From the NCBI GenBank assembly GCA_030141605.1, contig JAQGDQ010002000.1, positions 1 through 18,232 of the forward strand: a stretch of 18,232 nucleotides of DNA, given 5' to 3'. A program made the position numbers and the translations under genes. The notes beneath the pieces are model-generated. The model was not told the DNA's origin, did not search any database, and saw nothing but the letters and a program-made list of their open reading frames with translations. The stretch comes from Tubiluchus corallicola. Taxonomy: Eukaryota; Animalia; Priapulida. Below, in pieces: positions 10,245 through 18,232 of the stretch. Numbering within the stretch: the first letter of the stretch is position 1; every line of letters begins with the position of its first letter.

Positions 10245-10415
10245 CTTACGGAATGTCACGAAGCTGTTACGAAAAGTCACGAAGTCCACCAGGTACATCA
10301 TAATTTTCAAGTGAATAGCAACAACCCGCACGATTGAAAATTTCTATTTTCTGTTTCTTTTTTGCAGATTTCTTCGCTTTATTTTTCTAAGTTTAAGTGA
10401 TAACAGTAAAGTAAA
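10245..10415 (+). repeat. Dispersed repeat, copy A (homologous to 13492-13686)
   Basis: Shared collinear blocks: CTTACGGAA..TCACGA, TTACGAAAAGTCACGAA, TCATAATTTT.AA, TGAAAATTTC, GTTTAAGTGATAA. Confidence 0.8.
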
Positions 10416-10610
10416 ACTACATGCAATATGATTTGTTGTTTCCTTTAACAGAAAAAAATAACAACTGGGTAACCAAAGATGTTGCAGCCTATTTATGGTG
10501 AAACCTATCACACCAGTCATCTGCATAAAGCAAGTGATCATAAGTGTGTGTTTCTTTGAGCGGGCTAAGCTTCCGTTCAAGTGAAAGAGCAAGTCATTTA
10601 ATTCCATTAA

Positions 10611-11207
10611 AGCAAAGCCGGACCCAATCTTAAACTGTGGGTCAAAACAATCTAATCTTTAAAATATTGAGAGGAAACATATTATTTTTCAAAAACGACT
10701 TATGTGGAAAGAGTTACTACCTCACAAACACAATTTCACATTCGCGTCACTGGTTCTTCGCTGTTACATGCATTTTGGCATTCGCTAGACGGGCACTAGC
10801 ACGTGGAAACGCGTTTCACTAAAAGCAGGTGCTGTACCTCTCAGTTCAGATGTGTTAGTCTGTAAGGAACTGCACACGTTCGACAGCTCGTGCGTGTCAC
10901 AACGGTAAATTCGAAATTTGAATATTTATCTTAAAACTTGCCTAGTTTTAGTACATCACACTGAACAACGTATAGTAACACTGTACTTTAATTTTCGCTT
11001 ACACAAACACGCGCAACACCCTCGTGAAATGTTTTTGCTGTTGTAAATTATGTTAGTTTGTGATGTCATCAATAGTTGGGCAAGCCGCCGTTAATGAAAT
11101 TTTTAATCTATTTTTAGGAAAGCTTTTCCAGCATTAATTGTGTTAAAATGTATAATTTTTATGGGACTTAAAATGAGGTAGTATGTGAAAAATCATCCTG
11201 TCTTCTT
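10611..11207 (-). mobile_element. Non-autonomous TTAA-flanked DNA transposon (Kolobok-like), copy 2, 597 bp
   Basis: Inverted homologue of 1432-1956 with TTAA at 10607-10610 and 11208-11211. Carries an extra segment at about 10931-11020 that copy 1 lacks. Confidence 0.8.
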
Positions 11208-11329
11208 TTAAGCAGCTTCTGAAGATTGGGTTACCCGCTAGTGGCGCTGGTCACACTTTTTAACTCGTTTTTTTCTGTCAAACTTGCAAACTAATTGACT
11301 GCTGCATACTAAGATATGGATGATTGATA

Positions 11330-11436
11330 TACTGACATTCACTGTCACGTTTAGCAGCAGTAAAACGTCAGCAGTGGAGAAAAATATACTGCATGTTTAT
11401 GTGTGCAAACATAAATGTTGACAGTGAACTGCAGTA
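11330..11436. repeat. Small foldback / MITE-like inverted repeat
   Basis: TACTGACATTCACTGTCACGTTTA (11330-11353) versus the reverse complement of 11412-11436, TACTGCAGTTCACTGTCAACATTTA. Confidence 0.6.
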
Positions 11437-11533
11437 AAAACCGTGCTTTCCATTGTTCTGCTAATGTTTTATTCATCTGTATTAGAGAATTTCGTTGCAT
11501 TGCAATTTACCGATTCAGTAACAACTAACGCTT

Positions 11534-12156
11534 ACAATAATGATGACGATGACGACGACGATGGCAAATATGATGATTATAATGATGATGGTGATGACGA
11601 TGATGACGGCGATGATGGTGACGACCGTGATGATGATGATGACGATAATTATGATGACGATGACGATGGTGCCGATGACGACCATGACGATGGTGATGAT
11701 GGTGACGATGATGACGATGATGACGACGACGGCGACCATGATGATAATGATGATAGTGATGACGATGATGACGATGGTGATGATGGTCATGACGACAACG
11801 ATGACGACGATGATGATAATAATGATGGTGATGACGATAATGACGGTGATGATGGTGACGACCATGATGATGATGATGACGATGATTATGATGATGATGA
11901 CGATTGTGACGATGGTGACGATGATGACGACGACGACGACGATGATTATGATGACAATGATGATGGTGATGACGATGATGACGATGGTGATGATGGTCAT
12001 GATGACGACGACGACGACGATGATGATGATGATAATGATGATGGTGATGACGATGATGACGGACGGTGATCACCATCGGTGATGACAATGGTGATGATGG
12101 TCATGATGATGCCAATGATGGCAAAGATGATGATGATGGTGATGGTGATAGTGATA
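11534..12156. repeat. Long compound (GAT/GAC/GGT/AAT/CAT)n trinucleotide tract
   Basis: About 200 triplets; source of five overlapping low-complexity ORFs. Confidence 0.95.
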
Positions 12157-12274
12157 GCTAATAAATAGAATAAATAATACAACTTTGAGCGGATGGTGCT
12201 AATGCGCATGTCATGGCATACTTGTGAAGAATGCAGTAGAAAAAGTGAAATGATAAAATTGAGTAATTCGCCAG

Positions 12275-12441
12275 ATATCTCCGTGCTCCGTGCCCATTGT
12301 CATTACGGAGCAGGTGCTGAGGTGGAAAACGCACCTGCCCGTCAGTCCACTGAACCGACGAGGCCATTTCATAGAGACCGTTTTATACCTGGTATTCAAC
12401 CCCGCTATGTTACGGCTTCGTATGGACGCGACCACCACAAG
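12275..12441 (+). CDS. Candidate internal coding exon, product unknown (ISPCSVPIVITEQVLRWKTHLPVSPLNRRGHFIETVLYLVFNPAMLRLRMDATTT)
   Basis: GC-rich island bounded by CAG| and AAG|GTAGAG. 36 of 55 codons end in G/C in this frame (hand count), with in-frame stops just outside both splice sites. The polypyrimidine tract is weak, and another + frame and a - frame are also open. Confidence 0.45.
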
Positions 12442-12696
12442 GTAGAGGGGTGGGTCGAAAATAAATGGCATTTCGCTCCCGTAACAATAACATAAAAGAG
12501 AAAGCATTGAAAAATTAAATTTTATATCGCCAATTTATTCCCACGAAGAAGAAACAACGTTTTGTTGTTACTTAAAGGAAAAGTCAAGTCTTACGGGAAC
12601 TTCTGGGTTTATTTCAATGTTTGGGAAAATGTTAGACGGATTTAGTAACAAACGTGTGATGAGCGCCTCGTGTAATTATTAAAGCTATAGTAGCAA

Positions 12697-13340
12697 TCGT
12701 TTTACGCTTGGACGCACCTAGTTTTAACGATCATTTTTCCACCAGTGACGTCGTTTGATGCTTGGACGCACCTAGTTTTAACGCCCATTTTTCCACCAGT
12801 GAAGTCGTTTTACGCTTGGGCGCTCCTAGTTTTAACGCCCATTTTTCCACCAGTGACGTTGTTTGACGCTTGGACGCACTTAGTTTTAACGCCCATTTTT
12901 CCACCAGTGACGTCGTTTGACGCTTGGACGCACTTAGTTTTAACGCCCATTTTTCCACCAGTGACGTCGTTTGACGCTTGGGCACTCCTAGTTTTAACGC
13001 CCATTTTTCCACCAGTAAAGTCGTTTTACTCTTGGGCGCTCCTAGTTTTAACGCCCATTTTTCCACCAGTGACGTCGTTTTACTCTTGGACGCACCTAGT
13101 TTTAACGCCCATTTTTCCACCAGTGACGTCGTTTTACGCTTGGACGCACCTAGTTTAACGCCCATTTTTCCACCAGTGACGTCGTTTTACGCTTGGACAC
13201 ACCTAGTTTTAACGCTCATTTTTCCACCAGTGACGTCGTTTTACGCTTGGGCGCTCCTAGTTTTAATGCCCATTTTTCCACCAGTGACGTCGTTTTACGC
13301 TTGGACGCTCCTAGTTTTAACGCCCATTTTCCACCAGTAA
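12697..13340. repeat. 54-bp minisatellite, about 12 copies (GTCGTTTTACGCTTGGACGCACCTAGTTTTAACGCCCATTTTTCCACCAGTGAC)
   Basis: Head-to-tail units without spacers; the 18-aa periodic ORFs on both strands follow from the unit length. Confidence 0.97.
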
Positions 13341-13491
13341 CATCGTTCATCGACTGAAGAAAAACAGTGCACTGTCAATTTCCTTAACGGTAAAAGTTTT
13401 TTTTACAAAAAATGAAATAGCTGATCTTGTTATATTTTTGCGTGAATATTAGGTAAGCTGCAGACGTTTGAATAAGTTTAAAGAGCGCACA

Positions 13492-13686
13492 CTTACGGAA
13501 AATCACGATGCGCTTACGAAAAGTCACGAACTCCTCCAATAACGTCATAATTTTGAAATGAGTGGCGACTACCACCACGCCTGAAAATTTCGATACAGCC
13601 GTAAATTAACTTTATGCTTCATAGTCAGTTTTTTTGTAAATTCCTTTGTTACATTTTCTTAGGTTTAAGTGATAATAGCAAAATAA
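13492..13686 (+). repeat. Dispersed repeat, copy B (homologous to 10245-10415)
   Basis: Same collinear blocks as copy A, with roughly 25 extra bases near 13590-13620. Confidence 0.8.
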
Positions 13687-13696
13687 ACCCTGTGCG

Positions 13697-14211
13697 CATG
13701 CGCTAAATACAAGTCCAACAGTCTTTTAGATGTAATTTATGATTCTTTATTGTCTAAAATGGGCAGTCATAGTCTCATCGCAAAAGCACTATCACATCAT
13801 GACATATTTGACTGACTGACTGACTGACTGACTGACTGACTGACTGACTGACTGACTGACTGACTGACTGACTGACTGACTGACTGACTGACTGACTGAC
13901 TGACTGACTGACTGACTGACTGACTGACTGACCGACTGACCGACTGACTGACTGACTGACATATTATGTGCGACTAGACTTCGTTTTATCTGAAAACACT
14001 GAGAACACTGACTGCTAAAAATGAGGGGCACATGTGCACGACATGCGCTAAATACAAGTCCAACAGTCTTTTAGATGTAATTTATGATTTTTTATTGTCC
14101 AAAATGTCCAATCATCGTCTCATCCCAAAATCACTATCACATCATGACATATTTGACTGACTGACTGACTGACTGACATATTATGTGCGACTAGACTTCG
14201 TTTTATCTGAA
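13697..14211. repeat. Near-tandem duplication (13697-13994 and 14042-14211), each copy containing (TGAC)n
   Basis: Both copies run from CATGCGCTAAATACAAGTCCAACAGTC to GCGACTAGACTTCGTTTTATCTGAA. Confidence 0.95.
13809..13960. repeat. (TGAC)38 tetranucleotide microsatellite
   Basis: 152 bp with two CGAC variant units. Confidence 0.97.
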
Positions 14212-14460
14212 GCAAATAAAAACATTTTCTGCTGATCCAATGTCAAAAGGATAATTAACTGCTATAATGAAAATGTATAATAATATTATGAAATATGAAG
14301 AAATCAAACTTACATCTTTGCCGCATCTTACTAACTTGCTAAAGAGAACTCGACTGACAAAATTTTGTTATAAAACGACACGACGTACTGAACAAGAATG
14401 ACTTCTTTCCTATCCTGTCTGTAAAATGAGGCCAATGGCCTATTTCCTGTCCTAGCTCAC

Positions 14461-14475
14461 CTGTCTATCAACAGC
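14461..14475 (-). other. Candidate 15-nt microexon (GCTGTTGATAGACAG)
   Basis: The minus strand reads ...ccttgtgtttgttttTTGCaaatttAG|GCTGTTGATAGACAG|GTGAGC: U-rich tract, UGC motif, AG acceptor, frame-preserving length and a near-consensus donor. Confidence 0.35.
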
Positions 14476-14827
14476 CTAAATTTGCAAAAAACAAACACAA
14501 GGAGGCACCACGTGCTTATATCCAAAACAACCACAACGTGCTAAATGACTTGCTTTTTCCTTTAACTGCCCTGTGAATGCTGATAGACGCTTTGCCGTAT
14601 CATGGGATTTATTCAATCAGACAGAGCAGCTAACACCGGGATAAACTTAGACCATTGTTGGCTGTGACATTAAAATTTCATAAAGTCCTGCCTAAACCAA
14701 CAATGGCTTCTTAATTAAGGTACTGGACGGTATCCCAGAAGACCCTTGTGTATCACAATCTATCACAGGTTCACGGTTTACAATCTATAGTTGACGTTAA
14801 ATTTTAAGATTCTAGCGGCATTAACCG

Positions 14828-14828
<1 letters not shown>

Positions 14829-14893
<65 letters not shown>

Positions 14894-14918
14894 GCACGCA
14901 CGCACGGCACACACACAT

Positions 14919-15014
<96 letters not shown>
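14829..15014. repeat. Compound (CA)n-(CACG)n-(CA)n-(TA)n microsatellite
   Basis: Read directly; abuts the 3' end of a LINE fragment. Confidence 0.97.
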
Positions 15015-15015
<1 letters not shown>

Positions 15016-15429
15016 ATCTTTATTTGCCATTAAAATACATTGATAATCACTGATAAAAACTTTACAGAGATGACCAATCAGTGTTAGTTAATAAAAACTT
15101 ACACTGCTAAAGGCAAATGCGTCAGTGCAATCTAAACTACTGTGCAGTAATGGAAAGTAACGACGAATAAAATTACACATATTTACAACTATGCACAAAA
15201 AATGAAATAAACTAGGATTTAATTTATATGGCTGTGGATATATGAATTCTGAATTAGTGTGTATGTTGTCGTACTGGTGTGATGGTATTTCATATCTGCT
15301 TAATATTAGTGATTTTAATTTTGTTTTAAATGCTGATAGGGATTTGATTTGTTTAACCTGTAATGGTAGAGAATTCCAAAGTAGAATTGCTTGCTGGATT
15401 ACAGAGTTCATTCCATAGTGGGTCCTAAT
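15015..15429 (-). mobile_element. 5'-truncated CR1/L2-group LINE: ORF2 C-terminus plus 3' UTR
   Basis: Minus-strand IRTHYGMNSVIQQAILLWNSLPLQVKQIKSLSAFKTKLKSLIL fits the RTxYG...LWNSLP...SLxxFKxKLK motif that ends ORF2 in this group. AATAAA at 15024-15019 precedes the simple-repeat tract. Confidence 0.85.
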
Positions 15430-15458
15430 TTATTCTGACATAGCGATCATCGATCATA

Positions 15459-15852
15459 GCGTTATGCGTTATGGGACATCCGCAATGCGTTATGCGTTAT
15501 CCACCTGCGTAATAGTTGCGTATAAAAAAATCAATAGAAACAGCTGCAGAAAAAATAACGCAATAACGCAAGCCTGATAAACGGGCTCATGCGTTATGCG
15601 TTATGGGACGTCCGCAATGCGTTATGCGTTATCCACCTGCGGAATAGTTGCGTATAAAAAATCAATAGAAACAACTGCAGAAAAAATAACGCAATAACGT
15701 AAGCCTGATAAACGGGCTCATGCGTTATGCGTTATGGGACATCCGCAATGCGTTATGCGTTATCCACCTGCGGAATAGTTGCGTATAAAAAATCAATAGA
15801 AACAGCTGCAGAAAAAATAACGCAATAACGCAAGCCTGATAAGCGGGTTCAT
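15459..15852. repeat. 131-132-bp unit in three tandem copies, built on TGCGTTAT/ATAACGCA motifs
   Basis: Units start at 15459, 15591 and 15722 and are near-identical. Confidence 0.95.
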
Positions 15853-15987
15853 TGAAATCGATAAAATGATTTCTACTCAATAACGCATTGCGCATGCGTG
15901 GTAAAGCCGCTTATTAGAGATTTTATCTTCTCAAGGGCAAGAATAACACGAGTTTGATAAGTAATCCACAATATCAATAGATATTTA

Positions 15988-16317
15988 TAAAGGAAGTCAG
16001 AATGCCTTTAAGTCTCAAAAAATTCTTTGTTATTATTCAGAAGCTTTCGTCTCACGCTAACTTCATCAGCTGCACCGACAGATAAAAGATTCCTAATTAG
16101 CAACTTAAATTTTTCCTCCGATTCAGTTTTTAATACATCATTAAGAATTTACTATCTTTTGTTTAGCGATACTGTTCACCTTTATTTTATACGTAGTTTT
16201 ACCTGTAAATTTCATTATTGTATTTATCTGTACAACTGATGAAGTGCTTGAAAGACAAAAGCTTTTGAGTAATAATAAAGATTTTTTTGGGACTTAAAGA
16301 ATATCCTGACTTTTTTA
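15988..16317. mobile_element. Long imperfect inverted repeat (arms 15988-16086 and 16223-16317), probable MITE remnant
   Basis: The left arm AAGTCAGAATGCCTTTAAGTCTCAAAAAATTCTTTGTTATTATTCAGAAGCTTTCGTCT...ACTTCATCAG...ACAGATAAA matches the reverse complement of the right arm, AAGTCAGGATATTCTTTAAGTCCCAAAAAAATCTTTATTATTACTCAAAAGCTTTTGTCT...ACTTCATCAG...ACAGATAAA. Confidence 0.75.
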
Positions 16318-16447
16318 CTGTTTTGACTATGGCAAGTTTCAGAAGTCTCACTATTTTATTCTCAAAGTTTTCATAGCCCGTTTCTATTAAAAAAAGCAAC
16401 GTTTCTAATGTATATCATGGAATTCTATGCTTTAAGGCCTTTACATG

Positions 16448-16595
16448 GACATAGACATAGACATAGACATAGACATAGAACATTTATTTTCTCCAAATAG
16501 TTTAACATCAAAAGTTTTTTAGATATTTTAAAGTAATTATAATCATGGAGTAGGGCAATGAAGGACCATAGGGTCATCTAGTCTCCTGCCCTTTC
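16448..16595 (-). mobile_element. 3' end of a CR1/L2-group LINE or partner SINE, with stem-loop, AATAAA and (TATGTC)5 tail
   Basis: Minus strand: AGGGCAGGAGACTAGATGACCCTATGGTCCTTCATTGCCCT (nested stems, resembling the CR1 3' UTR hairpin), then AATAAA (16488-16483), then the hexamer tail. Confidence 0.6.
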
Positions 16596-17789
16596 TTATA
16601 AATAGATTAGTAAATTTAAAAATTAACGGTGATGCTGCGGATAACAAAAACAAATAAGAAAAAAATAATAATAATAACAGTATAAATGATACAAATTATC
16701 CAAAAAGAACAGAAAACAAAAAATAATAAAGTTGGATACCTAAATCTAAACAAAACAATACAATTATTCAGTAATTAGGATTATTATATGTAGTAGTTTC
16801 AAATGAGGTCTTATTAACAGGGGAATTTGACCAAGGTTAGTGAGTAAAGTTAAAAACTGAGAGTATGAAAAGAAAAAAATAAACATAAAAAACTTTTTTA
16901 CAACCCCAACGACAAGTTTCTTTAACTCATTATTAAGATTACATTATAAATTCATAGTTATTTTTAAACAAAAGAGACGTAACTTAAATAACTTGACCCT
17001 TTCTGCTGAATTTCGAACACGTGCATTGCCGTGAACGTCGCCATGTTTCGCGTCTTTGGCGTGAGCGAGCTAGAATGTCGTACGAGGTACAGAAAGCGTC
17101 GTTGGTTACCAATTTGTGGTGATCTCGTGATTGCACTCATTACGTCATTCGTCAAAATATCAAAAGAAACAAGTTTTACAGTAAGTTTATAATAAAATAA
17201 ATTGAATATTCGTAATGAAAGTAGGATTTTAAGTTGTAAAAGCTTATAGTATAGTGATAATTTACTTTGAGTTTAATAATCATGTGTTGTACCATATGTA
17301 ATGAGCTAGGTGTGTTCGCTTAATAAAATTTTCTACAAATGGACGTAACTTGCTGAAGGTTTATTTTATCAAAGACTACATCAGAAAATGCAAGAAAACG
17401 TTTTCGACAGCTTTCCGCACGTTAACAACTCAATTCAACTCAATTTTAGTTACCAACCACTACGACTGCTACGCCATTTTCAATTTGCATTCTGAATGCG
17501 TTTTCGTACAAGTCGCGGGAAACAAGGTCAATCGATACTCAAAGCAATTTTCTAGTAATCTGGATTATCTTTATTTTGGAAGGTCCGTAATGCTAGAAGG
17601 TATCAGTTCTTCTTTAATCGGTTTGGTTGAAACAACTTTCTTGCAGACAATTCCATAGATAAGAAGTCCGAAGAGTAAATTTTTTAAGTGGCTGTTCAAA
17701 GAATAATTAATGTGGCTAAGGTCTACAATTCACGCACAGACACATGCACACGCACACACGCACAAGAAATTAGTCCGTCGTGAAGTGCA

Positions 17790-18232
17790 TTAGGATTAGA
17801 GTTGGGATTAGGATTAAGGTCAAGGTTAGGGTGGTCGTGGTTAGAGTTAGAGTTAGGGATAGGGACAGGGTTGGGATTGGGTTGACGTTTGGGTTAGAGT
17901 TAGAGTTAGGGATAGGGACAGGGTTGGGGTTGGGTTGGCGTTTGGGTTAGAGTTAGAGTTAGGGATAGGGACAGGGTTGGGGTTGGGTTGGCGTTTGGGT
18001 TAGAGTTAGAGTTAGAGTTAGAGTTAGGGATAGGGACAGGGCTGGGATTGGGTTGGCGTTTGGGTTAGAGTTAGAGTTAGAGTTAGAGTTAGGGATAGGG
18101 ACAGGGCTGGGATTGGGTTGGCGTTTGGGTTAGAGTTAGAGTTAGAGTTAGAGTTAGAGATAGGGATAGGGTTAGGATTGTTAGGGTTAGAGTTAGAGTT
18201 AGAGTTAGAGACAGGGTTAGGGATAGGGACAG
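17790..18232 (+). repeat. Telomere-like G-rich satellite with 53/65-bp higher-order units, truncated by the window end
   Basis: Units start at 17838, 17891, 17944, 17997, 18062 and 18127 and are composed of TTAGGG variants (TTAGAG, ATAGGG, ACAGGG, TTGGGR, TTTGGG). Confidence 0.92.

Noticed and set aside
11235-11249. CTCF-like motif CCGCTAGTGGCGCTG (also CAGATGGCG near 466)
   Set aside because: Imperfect single motif matches cannot be supported without ChIP data.
12310-12338. Hammerhead ribozyme (CTGAGG...GAAA inside a stem)
   Set aside because: The core should be CUGANGA with stem II and a stem III/UH site; these are missing.
12731-13340. 18-aa repeat proteins (KWALKLGASKRKTTSLVE and others)
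   Set aside because: A by-product of a 54-bp unit; open on both strands and broken by single-base deletions near 13155 and 13330.
13792-15033. SQSV-repeat and CV/TH-repeat ORFs
   Set aside because: Translations of (TGAC)n and (CA)n.
16027-16399. ORFs 16027..16239 and 16199..16399 as genes
   Set aside because: Non-ATG starts, AT-rich, no recognisable domain, and they overlap the arms of an inverted repeat.

Overview
AT-rich, repeat-dense animal (probably invertebrate) genomic DNA that reads as intronic or intergenic. No complete gene, rRNA, intact tRNA or CRISPR array is supported, and most ORFs in the supplied track are translations of micro- or minisatellites. Well supported: many microsatellites; four minisatellites (38, 33, 22 and 54 bp) plus a 131-bp triplication; two short tandem duplications that each carry microsatellites; two inverted copies of a TTAA-flanked (Kolobok-like) non-autonomous element; an internally deleted RTE LINE with an 18-bp target-site duplication; CR1/L2-group LINE 3' ends; a tRNA-derived SINE head; and a telomere-like G-rich higher-order satellite at the right edge. 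More tentative: a GC-rich 167-bp candidate coding exon that is also dense in hairpins (12275-12441), a 15-nt candidate microexon on the minus strand (14461-14475) and a CpG/motif cluster near 17.0-17.5 kb. I cannot support a claim of a new biological system from the sequence alone; the findings are leads for testing.
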